From NCBI RefSeq assembly GCF_009914755.1, contig NC_060929.1: a stretch of 64,000 nucleotides of DNA; one strand, 5' to 3'. Each line of letters starts with the position of its first letter. Position 1 is the first letter of the stretch. A program made the position numbers and the translations under genes. Of this stretch, positions 40,387-53,102 are shown piece by piece. Source of the stretch: the human T2T-CHM13v2.0 reference genome, Homo sapiens. The notes beneath the pieces were generated by a model. That model searched no databases, was not told the origin of the DNA, and was given only the letters and a program-made list of their open reading frames with translations.

Positions 40387-40560
40387 CAGAGGTGGCAAAT
40401 AGATTTTATTTCAACTGTTAATTCTTACTGATTGATGGTGGTTACTTAGAGCATGACACTGATAAATGTGCCAAGGTCAAGGGTGGGCTCAACAAGAAAC
40501 AATGCTGGGACTGATGTTGATGTCTGAGGTGGGCACAAGATTAGGGAATGGCAGTAAAAT
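40387..40560. mobile_element. Old hAT-family DNA transposon fragment
   Basis: CAGAGGTGGCAAATAGATTT...GATTGATGGTGGTTACTTAGAGCA resembles a hAT-Charlie MER terminus. Confidence 0.45.
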
Positions 40561-40569
40561 GTGCTGAGG

Positions 40570-40712
40570 ATGTGAAGTCCAACCCTTTCTTCTTATAGAT
40601 GAGAAAACCGAGCTCAAAAAAATCTAAAAGATATTCACAGGATCACTTAATTAGTTACAAAAAAGCCAAAGTCAGAATCAATAAATCCGAATTCTCTTTT
40701 CTGCCACACCAT
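40570..40712 (-). mobile_element. MIR fragment
   Basis: TTATAGATGAGAAAACCGAGCTCA...ATTCACAGGATCAC. Confidence 0.6.
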
Positions 40713-41839
40713 TGAAAAAAAAATCCTAGCAACAAAAATAGAACTTAATTCTGCCCTCCCAGTGGTAATTCAGGTCTTCATACTCCAATGAAACTGTAAT
40801 CCAGAAAATAGCACTAAAATTCTTCCTTCTGTAACACAAGTGTACCCCTTCTTCCCTCAAGGGCATGTCTACTTTACATTTACTTAGAGATGTTTTCTGC
40901 TGAGGCTCTTTTCATGTTAGAAAAGCCTATTTTCATGAGGCTCTTTTCATGCTAGAAATTCCGAGATGTGTGGCTTCTTGCCACTATTTACTTACCTGTA
41001 CGTTTATGAGAGTAAAACCCAAAGTTGGAATTCTGCATGTTGAATTTAAGCCTCTAAAGCCCTTGGAGTTCTTTAGAAACAATTTTAAAAAATGCAAGTT
41101 TATTTAGTTATCAATATGCCAAATATAGATAAAAATATGAATGTATATATGTAAATGTAATATGTTCTGCACATAAATTGGGCAAACTGTAGGGGAAAAA
41201 GGTAAAAGTGATAGTGAACTTGTTGAAGGAATAAAAGCAAGGAGTTAAATTCTAATTCCTTGTAGCAATTATTTTTCCCCCTTGGGGAAGGACATTAAGA
41301 ACGTTTTGCTGCAATGCCATCTATTTTTTATCGTGCCAATGAACATTGCACCTTTCCAAACTGCCACTATTCATCACTTTTAAATAAAAATAGATGAGTT
41401 CGAAAAGATATGAAGACTCATTAGTTCCAGCTCTTAATATTGCAGGTGAAATTATTTCCATCTGCTGCAGCCTACTGCAGACTCAGAGAACAGTCAAATA
41501 ACACATTTGAAAATTATATTTCCAAATAATTTGTCCCTCTTTGGATAAATGCAGAGGCAGCAAGACATCAGCCCCCTGTTCACTAAACCAATCTATCATG
41601 CATTCTACCAGATAAAGAATAACTTTGATCTCCATAAGAAGGGGTCTTTGCTATGTATTGAGAAAATCCAAAAAAGCCAGGGGAGGGGGGATTTGATATT
41701 GATACGCTTTTTAAAATGAAACCTACTCGGTAGGGAAGTATTATTAAAATCCATTTCCTTCCAATCACGTTAACTTCCAGAGGACAATAACTGAGGAAGT
41801 ATCAGCTCTTTGGAAAAAGCTGGCATAGGGTTTCGTTCA

Positions 41840-42090
41840 TGAATTCTACTGAGTGCCTGATTGGTGATCTACATGTATTACCATATTAATTGTCATAGCT
41901 CTCCCAAAGGGTAGATATCATGCTCTGTAATTTATAAATGGGGATGTAGAGACACTGAGGGCTTGAATGGATTAGTCAGTGAATTAGTGATCATGTATTC
42001 ATAATTCAGCACTCTGGAAGCAGAAATAGGAACTGAACTGTCCCATTGACTCCCACTAAACCAACTCGAAGTCTGTTCTGTGCCATATTT
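41840..42090 (-). mobile_element. MIR SINE
   Basis: CTACTGAGTGCC...TTTATAAATGGG...ACTGAGGGCTT. Confidence 0.5.
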
Positions 42091-42364
42091 TGTGACCAAG
42101 TAGTATCCGTAGCATCCTAATTCCTCCCAAGGTCTTCTTTGAAAACAAACCAACCTCTACTCTGGCATTGCCACCTGGTTTACCTCTCCTTTGCATGCCT
42201 GACTCCCAGATGGGACTATCTAACTCTCCCATGCACAGTAAGAGCTGGCCCTACTTACTTTCTAAGGGTGGTGTTTTCAGCATGCCTAAAATGTGCACAC
42301 AGATTAATACATGACTAGGGAAGGGTTACTCTACTTCATTCACGGCACTCTTTTCATCCTGCAT

Positions 42365-42500
42365 TTAACTAGATTTCGTTACTTACATGACCAAGGGCAA
42401 GAACTATGCCATACATCCTGAATCCCCCACAGCCTCCTGCCTGGTGCCTGGCTCATAGTAGGTGCCCAGTGCATGTTAGGAGAGTGACTGTTGGAATGAA
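42365..42500 (+). mobile_element. L2 3' terminus
   Basis: AGGGCAAGAACTATG...ATCCCCCACAGCC...GTGCCTGGCTCATAGTAGGTGCCCAGT...GAATGAA. Confidence 0.7.
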
Positions 42501-43689
42501 CCCATAATTCTCACTGATGGATTGTCCTTAGCTGCCTATTGGTTCCTACCTTTTCACTCATCTTCTACTGCATGAATCACTTCCTAGATAAAGTCCAACC
42601 CCCTCCCTCCCCTGCTGCTCACCTGACAGGCCCTTCACTGTCACCCACCATTGACTTACCCCAATGGAAGGAGGGCCCAAGGAGAGTGACTCAGCTCAGG
42701 AGGACATCTAGTCGACCATGACATTTTGTCCTTCATCATTTACCTCCTTGCCAGACTGAGTGACTCAGCTCGTGGCTTAATGGAAGTAGTGTTTATTGTG
42801 TACTTAAAATTTCTTATATAAAATATTTTTTCAGAAGCTCTCCCACAGCCACTATCTCACTTGACGGACACAGCACCTACTGGGACCAGCAGGATCCACC
42901 TCCTGGGTCTCATCTTACAGAGAGGAAAGAAAGGCAGAAAGCTGTCTTCCCCAAGGTCACGCAGCTGGTTGAGACAGTTAATGGCAGATGCACGTCCCGG
43001 GCTCTTTTCACAGGGCGTCAATCCCTTCAATTGCTGGTTGACCTGGTTTCCATCCTCAGGGCAAAAGCTTAACCTCAATGACTCCATTCCAGCTTAGGGC
43101 AATGTATGCTGCTGAACTTGACTGTAGCTCTTAAAACTGCCCTTGGATCGTATTTTAGTTCATAGGGCTTAAGGTACTTATGGAAACATATTTTTGTTAT
43201 GAACAAAAAATTTACCTGAAATATTTAATATTTAAATATTTAAGTAATGCTACCTCACTGGAATCTCATCCAAATGGGTATTCCCCATTCATTCATTTGT
43301 GAGGATTTGAGGGGATAAAGGTGGCATAAGAAACAAGTATTATGGGAGCTTCTGGCTTCTTCTCTCCCAATGAGGGCTCCTGAAAAGAATCCCACAGTCA
43401 CTGTGGGTGGGGCCTCCAGACTAGGTAAGCAGCTAATGGTGTTCTGTTTTGAAAGAGGAGGAAATTTGTCCAGGAAGAAGTGGTGGGTAAAAGGATTCTT
43501 AGTGGGAGAAAGAGGAGGGGATGCCGCAGAGACACAGGTTGAGTGATGTCAAACTGCTGGGCCCTGGGCACTTAATTGCTGTGTGCGTCTGTGGGTACCA
43601 TGTAGATCACAAACACATGCATTCATGCCTAGGTTTTTAAAATTTATTTTTAATTGTTTGAAAATTTTTTTCTCCTGAATCCACTTCCT

Positions 43690-43895
43690 TGTGGAAATGG
43701 GGTTAATTAAACTAGGACAAATTTACTACTTCTTGGCTATGTGAAACAGAACATTTATCTGAGCCTCATATTTCTGCTTTTGTGAAACAGAAAGACTTCA
43801 ACCTGCCTCACAGGGTTGTGGTGAGGATAGATGAGATGACCTACGTCAGGTGTCTAGGACAGTGCTTGGCATAGAGTAGTTGTCTAGTAATTTAT
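43690..43895 (+). mobile_element. MIR SINE
   Basis: TCTGAGCCTCATATTTC...ACCTGCCTCACAGGGTTGTGGTGAGGAT...AGTGCTTGGCATAGAGTAG. Confidence 0.8.
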
Positions 43896-44049
43896 TTCCT
43901 GAGTGGTTCTTCGTGCACTCCTGTCCCTTATGCCTGTAGTAAACATACACATTTCCAAAAACTGTCTTGCTCCTCAAAGCCCAGGTGTCTTGGAAACACT
44001 CTTATGGTCATTTTTTTTCAGTCTGGAAGCATAATACATTAATTACATG

Positions 44050-44220
44050 AATAGATAGATGATAATAGATAGGGAAAGGGAGAGAGATAAATAGATACAG
44101 ATGGACAGACAGATAGATGTTAGATACATGCATACATACATATGTGGCTGGAGATTAGATAGACAGACAGACAGAAAGATAGGTAGAAGGCCAAATAGAC
44201 AGATACATAGAAAGAGAGAA
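44050..44220 (+). repeat. Degenerate (GATA/GACA)n tract
   Basis: Directly visible. Confidence 0.75.
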
Positions 44221-45025
44221 CTGAAGTATCATTCTTGACCCACCCAGACCTCTATGAGACAGTAGCATTTAATCTTGCTGAAGCCAAAGCCTGAGTAATT
44301 GCAAATGACATTTGGACTTAGGAGGTTTCACTGCAGGTCCTGGTTATTTATATTTCTTGTTCCTGGGTAATGAAACATCACAGGAAAATGGAAGTTACAG
44401 ATAAGAGAGAAAAATTGCAAACCCCTACTCAGATACTAAAAATAAGCTCAAATAAAAATTGGAGAACAAAGAACGTAGATTTTCCCCACTCTAATTGTGC
44501 ATTTTCATCCCCCTAACTCTGACATGACTTCAAGGAAGGCCTCCTCCCCTCACTTCCACGCCTCCTCGCCCCTACCAAAAGTGCCCAAAACCTCAGCTTT
44601 TACAATATAGCTGGGAGGAAAGTAAAATTACTGTTGATGTGGAATCTAGGAATGTGAAGGTTTAAACTGAGTGAATGGAGATAGGGGCTGCAGTGGGTAG
44701 GGTTCTTGGAAGAAAGATCACAGGAGGGAAGAGTCCCTCAGAACTGGATGTGCTGGAATAATCTGCCTATGTCTCATACACCTTTATCAAGGAAGATTCT
44801 CAGGCAATGCATCCTCGCTGATCATTACCAATGTATAGAGAGCACCAGGTAAGGAGTGAACATGACAAGATTGAAGAGTGGGCCCAGGCATTGCTGCCTT
44901 AGGACTGGGAAGAACAACTTACAGGATTTATGCCCATTGATGTAATTAACTCAGTTATTTCCAGCCAGACCCCTAGAAATAAAGTTTCACTTCCAGATTT
45001 TCTCACTGTCCGAACCTGTTTTTTG

Positions 45026-45406
45026 GTTATTTATTTTTTAATTGATACATAATAATTGTACATATGTTTGAGATAGATGTGATATTTGATACATGCATAC
45101 AATGTGTAAAGATTAAATTAGTGTATTTAGGATATCCATCACTTCCAACATTTATTATTTCTTTGTGTTGGAAATATTTCAAATCTTTTCTTCCAGCTAT
45201 TTTGGAATATACAATAAGGTATTTTTAACTATAGGCACTCTACTGTTCGATTGAACACTAGAACATATTCCTTCTAATTAACTGTACATTTGCACCCTTT
45301 AACCAACTTCTCTTCCTCCTTTCCCCCTTTCCCATTCTGGTAACTGTCATTCCACTCTCTACCTTCATGAGACCAACACCTTTAGCGCCCACATATAAAT
45401 GAGAAC

Positions 45407-45437
<31 letters not shown>

Positions 45438-46375
45438 TGTGTGTGTGAGAGAGAGAGAGAGTTGCTGGTGATGAAGCCAAGATCAAAAACTAGAGCCTGA
45501 TTTCCACCCATGTTTTACTGTATAATGCCCCTTCTTCTGAGTGCCTATCTTCCAATAATCACCATGCAGAGGTGAATGCCAAGACAACTGGTAGAGCCCC
45601 AGCACTGATCAAACAGAATGATCACCAGTATAAACATCCACCATGACTGTAGCTAGGCATCAGGCTGACCATCAGCCATAAACTTATGTTCCAGAGACTC
45701 TATACCCTTACTACACCTATGGCTAGAGGGGAAGTACATGTGTTGTCTTGCTCTCTGTGTCATTAGACACAGATATCTTGGCCACAACAGATTGTACCAG
45801 AGATTTGCTTCTCAAGTAAATGCCACATGACTTATATGGTAGCCCTGTGGTTGACAAGGTGGTCAAGTCTGGATGTTTGTCTTTCTGCACCTGGCTTATT
45901 TCACCTAATATAATAACCTCCAGTTCTATCCATGTTGCTGCAAATGACAAGATTTCATTCTTTTTTATGACTGAATAGCATTCCATTGTGTATACATATA
46001 TATATATATAACATTTTCTTTATCCATTCATTCGTTGATAGACACTATGGTTGATTCCATATATTGGCTATTGTGAAGTGCTATAATAAACATCAGAGGG
46101 CACGTATCCTTTTGATGTACTGATATCTTTCCCTTTGGATAAATACCCAGTAGTGGGATTGCTGGATCGAATGGTAGTTCTATTTTTAGTTTTTTTGAGA
46201 AATCCTCTTACTGTTTTTTGTAATGGCTGTGCTAATTTACATTCCCACCGACAGGGTGTAAGAGTTCCCTTTTCTCTGGGCAACATATGTTATTTTTTGT
46301 CTTTTTCAAGATAGTCATTCTAACTGAGGTGAAATGATATTTCATTGTGGTTTTGATTTGCATTTTTCTGACCAC
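45026..46375 (-). mobile_element. L1MA 3' end, split by a non-L1 insertion at 45406-45868
   Basis: L1MA 3' UTR 45026-45405; resumes at ~45870 with GTTTGTCTTTCTGCACCTGGCTTATTTCAC; frames MECYSVIKKNEILSFAATWIELE and WECKLAQPLQKTV match L1 ORF2 C-terminus. Confidence 0.92.
45406..45868 (+). repeat. Derived copy of 50015-50456, starting with (TG)n(AG)n
   Basis: Colinear with 50015-50456; about 92% identical outside the microsatellite by hand count. Confidence 0.95.
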
Positions 46376-46429
46376 AGCCCATTTGAATCCACAGAATATT
46401 TCATGTCTCCCCCTACATGATTATAACTG

Positions 46430-46650
46430 TAGCTAATGTTTTCAGAAGACCTATCAAGTGCCAAGCCCCACTTAAGTCCTTTCTGTGTACTGATTCTATT
46501 ACTGTTTATCCCACCCCTATGAGGTAAATAATATCATGCTGTTTTACAGATGAGATACCAAGGCACGGGGAAGTTAAAGTGACTCCCCCAACATCACACA
46601 GCTGGTAAGGGGGAATTGAGGTGTGCACCAGGCAGGCCGGCTCCACAATC
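46430..46650 (-). mobile_element. MIR SINE
   Basis: CCCTATGAGGTA...TTTTACAGATGAGATACCAAGGCAC...GTTAAAGTGACTCCCCCAACATCACACAGCTGGTAAG. Confidence 0.8.
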
Positions 46651-46839
46651 CCTGCTGTTCCTCCTCATGATAGGAGTGTTTTCACTGAAGAATGAGTCAC
46701 ACAGAACAGAAGGTTTCCACACATCTAGTACACTTTTAAATTCATCTCATACAGATGAAAAATAATATGCCTGTGGATTTAGCTATTCAATTAATAAACA
46801 CACTTGAAGCAACACATGGGTGTCTGGACGTCTTATGAT

Positions 46840-47065
46840 GGCCTCCCTTATCCTGGTAACATATGATTAGACCCCCTCCCCTCTGCCCCCACAGCCCTGG
46901 GGCCTACTGTTCCCCAGACTTCTCATACTGTCTTGGACATAGGCTGCCTGTTGGGTGTGTCCTTGCTGTCAGGGACTGTAACTTCTTCATTGCTGTAATT
47001 CATGTATCCATCATGTCTTGCCTATAATAGGTGCTCAATAAATATTTTTTTGGAATGCATAAATA
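46840..47065 (+). mobile_element. L2 3' terminus
   Basis: AGGGACTGT...TAATAGGTGCTCAATAAATATTT. Confidence 0.55.
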
Positions 47066-47073
47066 CATAGTTC

Positions 47074-47367
<294 letters not shown>

Positions 47368-50014
47368 GGAATGGATAAATGCATAGTTCTGTATCTAGCT
47401 CCTCCCTTCTCCTACCAAAGATGTTTTCAAGTACAGATGATTTGGAAATGACTAGCCTAGGCTGTGAAATTGATAGTAATGCAAGGTCTTCAGAGAGAGG
47501 GGTACAGAGGAGAAGTAGGGCTCTAAGTGAGCTCCCCTAGAGGTGCCAGTATAAAAACACACAAGGTTGGTTTCAGGACACCTTTTCATGGGCTCTGATT
47601 GAGCAAGTTTTGGGGGACAGTCATGGACATTATGTTCAGTGTGGAGGGGTGAGTGGTCAGTGTAGGCAGAAACCTTCAGTGAAGATAGCGGGGCTTTGGC
47701 TAGTCCTTGCCTGAGGGTGCTGCAGGACATGACTTTCATGTGGTACCTGGGACAGAGTAAAAGGCACTATTCCCAACACTGTAAGGGCCACATTGGCTAT
47801 CTGAGGATGAACCAGATGCACCTAGGATGTGGGCAGCCTGCCTGGGCTGCTGATCCCAAATGGCTGTATAACAAGGACTGGCTCCTTCAGCTCAACTTCT
47901 GGCCAAGCCACAGGGAGACTCTCCCTCTCAAGCTTCTTCTAGAAGAAATTTACTCATTGCTATTTAAACTGAATAAAAAGACACACTGGGAAATTTCAAG
48001 CCTATCATTGTGGATATGAAATTGGGCATTAGGGCACAAAAGGAGCCCAGGGCATTGGCCTTTTGAGAGTCTGGGGTTGCTTTTTGTTCACACATCTTGG
48101 GTCTACCAATCTGGGGTGTTGTAGACTTTTAGGCAGGCCCTTCTCATCCTAAGGAATAGTTAAGAAATCCTAGAGGGCTCAGTCTGAGCCCAGTATGGAA
48201 TAAATAAGAGCTCCCCAAGGGAAGCAGGTTCTGACTTACGTTGTTGGAAAATGACCCATGAGTCATTTTCTAACTAATGATAGCAAATCATTAGTTTCGA
48301 GAGGGTCTTTGATCCTGAATTAGATCACATGTGTGAAGCTCATTCCTTCCTTTTCATAAAAGTCCCTGTGGCCCTTAAGCATTAAGGTGGGGGGTGGGGG
48401 CGCAGAGAGGAGGATACAGAGAACGTTCTCCAGTAGTTTGCCAATAAGGTAAACTTCTAGGAGAGAGGACTCCTAGCTCAGAAAGGTCATCCTGAGGCGA
48501 TAACTTGGAGAATGGACAACTTGCTTGTCTCTGTCTGGTTGTTTGACATCCCTCCTGCTTTTGCACCATGGTTTGTGACCTTGACCTTGGATAGTTTTTC
48601 TTTACAGAATGGATCCTGATGCCCACCCTGTGCAGTCAACTCAGCAGTAAAATAAACAATGAATTAGCCATCACATGTTAACACTGTAAAGTTCTCAAAA
48701 ATGAGAAATATACAAAAAGTGCAAGGTAATAGTGTGTCGGATATAGGCATAGAATCAACTTTTCTTGCTGGGTAGAAATAAATCAAAAACAGACACTTCC
48801 CTTGATCATAGATGAGGAGGTATCTGGGGCTGGATAACAGCAGGTTGCTGAATCTAAAATGCACATAAAATCCAATTGTAAATTGGCTGACTACAGAATG
48901 GGACTGGATTCACTTATTGCTAATTAGGATGAATAAAAGGAGACACTGTGAGATGTGAAGCTTGGGATTATGGGTAGGGGAAGCCATTTGATGGAGGAAA
49001 TGTATTTTTCCTGATGTTTTGGAAAATCACTTCGTGTAATGTCTGGTTCATTACTTCTTATGCCCTGAAATATGCACGAAGTAAGAACCAAGGATATTTC
49101 TGATAAAACCACATTCCATGAAACCCAATCCAAAGGGGCCTTAAGGATCCACGCTGGGAAAAGTGAGTGAGTTTAGCTCCCTATTTAAAAATGACTTTTT
49201 TGGCCTGGGCTGTATGGAAAGACATTTTTCCTTCTGCCCCAAGTGATAAAATACACATCACTGAGCAATGCTCTGGATACTGTTAGCTGAGGCTGGTGTG
49301 AGGTCCGGATAGTCCATTTGATTATTCATTTTATTTGTACCTCCTGGTACTAACTTGTCTGTCTTAGGGTGAACTCACTATTCCTTTACTCTATCTAGAA
49401 AGGAAATGAACTGCCAGGCTCATGCAAGGTAGGGGAGACTAGGGAGGTGTAAGGACAGAAGAAATCAGCTAGATGTTGGGCATAACATAGCAGAATCTTC
49501 TATGGAAATTCTTACTCCATAATGTTGGAACACCCCTTTTCCCCAACTTTCTGGCCAGAGGTAAGCTAGGAGAGTTATTTTAATCTTAACTCTATTTAGG
49601 GCATTGGAGTGTTCCAAACAGAATATTATTTGCTGGGCATTTTAAACAATTGATTCCACATGGATTCCCTCCGCATCATTTTTGGAATTGTTTTCTCTAG
49701 ACGTGTTCTAAAGATAGAATGTACATATTCACTAAAGATTGAAGGATGCTGAAATATTAAGCAGCCAGAATGGCAAATGTTGTCACATTCTGGTTTCAAT
49801 CGGGCAAATGGCTTCAATTCTTGTGTTTTTCTTGGTGTTTCAATGAGGCATCTAAGACAGTAACTCTGGCAGAGTAGGGCCCACAGGAGGAATAATGAGG
49901 AAAAATTATCTATACCTTTGCTCAAGTGCATACTTTGAGAATATTTTGTGATAGTAATACATGACTTTTACTTCAAATTAGTTTTTGGAGAACTGGAATG
50001 AGAAATGTAGACTG

Positions 50015-50456
50015 CGTGTATGTGTGTGTGTGTGTGTGTGAGAAAGAGAGAGTTGCTGGTGATAAAGCCAAGACTAAAAACTAAAGCCTGATTTCCACCC
50101 ATGCCTTTTCTCATGCCCTTTCTTCCAAGTGGTTATCTTCCAATAATCACCATACAGAGGTGAATGTAAAGACAACTGGTAGAGCCCCAGCACTGATCAA
50201 ACAGAATGATCACCAGTATAAACGTCCACAATGACTGTAGGTAGGCATCAGGCTGATCATCAGCCATAAACTGATGTTCCAGAGACTCTATACCCTTACT
50301 ACACCTATGGCCAGAGGGGAAGTACATGTGTTATCTTGCTCTCTGTGTCGTTAGACACAGATATCTTGGCCACAACAGATTGTACCAGAGATTTGTTTCT
50401 CAGGTAAAGGCCACATGATGTATACGGTAGACCTGTGGTTGACAAGGTGGTCAAGT
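50015..50456 (+). repeat. Donor copy of the local duplication, includes (TG)n(AG)n
   Basis: Matches 45406-45868. Confidence 0.95.
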
Positions 50457-50834
50457 GCCAAATACACATGCTCCTTTCTTTGGACAAAGAGCAGCCAACC
50501 CAATGAGAGCCTCTCTGTAGAGGAGTTGAATGAGTGACACAAGAAGTAGAGAAAAGAAATAGAGGCAGGGAAGTTGTTGTGAAACTCCAAGAGTAGAAAA
50601 AGAAGCAGCTAGAAAAGAGGTTGAGAATGACAAATTCACTAGAGTGGGTCCCAATAGGTGCTATTGACAAAGAGGACAAGAGGACATAGACCTCCTAAGG
50701 ATCTGTAATGCTGCTTCAGTTCTCCAAGACAATGACTATGGGAGGTGGTCTTCTGAGCCTCCTTACTTCCCCAAGTCTTCACTGTTAACTTCCTATCACT
50801 TACACTATCACAAGACTGTCTCTCCTCCATGTAA

Positions 50835-50995
50835 TGCAAAATAATAATAACTACAATAATCAAATGCTTTCTACATGCCAAATGTTTAAGTAGATTGTTT
50901 TAGCTAATTATTTCAAAAACTCTACGAAGTCAGTATCATAATTCTGATATCTATTTTACAGATGAGAAAATGGAAGAAAAAGGGAGTCAAGTACG
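50835..50995 (-). mobile_element. MIR SINE
   Basis: AATGCTTTCTACATGCCA...CTATTTTACAGATGAGAAAATGG. Confidence 0.65.
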
Positions 50996-51548
50996 ATGGT
51001 AGCCTTCTTACTAAAAGCAAGAAGTATCCACAATTAATTAATTGAAAACGCCAATTAAAACTGGGAATTGTTAAAAGCTGATTTATGCAAATCTTAAACT
51101 TTTTTTTTTAAAACATATGAATGTACAATTTGGCAAGGACTTTTCTTTCAGTAGAGGGTCTGCTAATTGCAATTCAGCACTGCTTTTCTGGAAGAAACCA
51201 CACACATAACATATGCTCACCATTATCTAGTTTTAGTTCCTTTAATGTGAAGTAAACCTGGAGATATGTGTAAAGAAATCTGATGCAGAATCCTTCTAGA
51301 TTTCTTTTTCACTGTTCTCTAATATATTACAGTTATTTTTCCAGTGCCCAATTTGCATGGCTTGCTCATATCCTGTCCTTCCAATACATTCAGCCTAGTT
51401 TTCACTGGGGAAAAAAGCATTCTTTTCACATTCAGATTTCATCATTAGTTATCACATATAATTAAATTATGTGATGACAACTAGTATTAAGAGATCTGAG
51501 AACTAACTGTTAGACAATTCACCTGGTAAGAGGAGAAGTGTGTGAGTC

Positions 51549-52190
51549 TACCATAGAGGATGTATTCCTAACATAGTTGTAACTACCTGTAAGATCTCAC
51601 ATGTTCATCTGGAACTTTTTACTATAGAGAATGCATACTATAGAGTATGTATTCCTAACGTAGATGTAACTACATGTATGATCTCACATGCTCATCTAGA
51701 ACTTTGCCACTCCTCCATTAGAGGTAGAATCTATGTCCTCTCCCCTTGAATCTAGAGGGGTCTTGGTGACTACGTTGACAAAGTATGGTGAAAATAATGC
51801 CATATTACTTCCAAGTTTCAATTATAAACATGCCATACACTTCTGCCCTGTTCTTTTACAATGCTGCTTCTTGAAACCTCTCTATGTGCTGCCAGAAAGC
51901 CCAAACTATAGAGATGCCTACATAGAGAGGAACCAAGGCCCATAGCCCACAGCCCTGGCTTGAGCTTTCAGCTGACACGAGAACCATCTTGCCAGCCATG
52001 TGAATGAACTAACTTGAAAGTAGCTCCTCTAGTCCCCAGTCAAGCCACTCTGCCATGTACCACGTGAAGCAGAGGTGAGCCATCTCTGCTGAACACTTCC
52101 TAATTAAAGATCAGTGAGCAAGATGAAAGGTAGATATTTTAGGCCACTAAGTTTAAATTGTTTGTTATGAAGCAGTAGATAGCTGGAATG
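51549..52190 (+). mobile_element. MLT1G/H-like LTR with duplicated 5' end
   Basis: GCCACTCCTCCATTAGAGGTAGAATCTATGTCCTCTCCCCTTGAATCT...CTTGCCAGCCATGTGA...AGGCCACTAAGTTT...GCAGTAGATAGCTGGAA. Confidence 0.8.
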
Positions 52191-52741
52191 AGTGCTTGGG
52201 GTATCATTGGATATGTTTTACCAAGAGAATAGAAAGCAGGTGTCAACCAGTGGGTCTGACAAGTTAAACTTCTACTGCAACTTTCCCAAGATTACACAAA
52301 TATTAAGAGATAAAGCCTAGTTTTAAACCCAGAAGTCTGCAGAATTATGATAGCCCTGAAAAAATTTTAAAAGGCCCCTGCAAAGACCTACATAGAAGTT
52401 GATGATACATAATTATTTATGCATAATTATACAATAATTCCATGCTTACAGATATGCTCCTAATATTTAAAGGCTCCAAGGCAAGAGTACAAATTAATAA
52501 AGATATCTAATATTTAAGAGTTAAAAAATCAAGTTAAAAACTGTTAAAATAAGTTTTATCCTGTTGACTTTATAAATATCTTGTGAAATTTGAATGATCA
52601 GGTTTGAACTTAGAATTCTTGGACTCCATGTCTGTTCCCTTTCTCTGTTCACCCCTGGGATCCTTTCCTCACTGCAAAGGCTTTGGTCACATGTGTGTAA
52701 CCTCCAGCCTATACTTCTAAGCTTCATTCACACATACTGTT

Positions 52742-53102
52742 TGATATGGCTTGCCTCTGTGCCCCCACACAAATCTCACCTTGTATTGTAATAATCTCCA
52801 TGTGTCATGGGATGGACCCGGTGAGAGGTAATTGAATCATGGGGGTGGGTTTTTCCCATACTGTTCCCGTGATAATCAATAAGACTCACGAGATCTGATG
52901 GTTTTATAAAGGGGAATTCCCCTGCCCATGCCCTCTTGCCTGCCGCCATATAAGATGTGCCTTTGCTCTTCCTTCACCTCCTGCTATGATTGTGAGGCCT
53001 CCACAGCCATGTGAAACTATGAGTCCATTAAACCTCTTTCCTTTATAAAATTACCCAGTCTCGGGTATGTCCTTATTAGCATCATGAGAACAGACAAATA
53101 CA
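52742..53102 (+). mobile_element. THE1 (B/C-like) solo LTR
   Basis: TGATATGGCTTG...GAGATCTGATGGTTTTATAAAGGGG...CAGACAAATACA; perfect TSD CTGTT. Confidence 0.95.

Noticed and set aside
47533-47548. CTCF-like CCCCTAGAGGTGCC
   Set aside because: Mismatches in the core GGC positions; too weak without data
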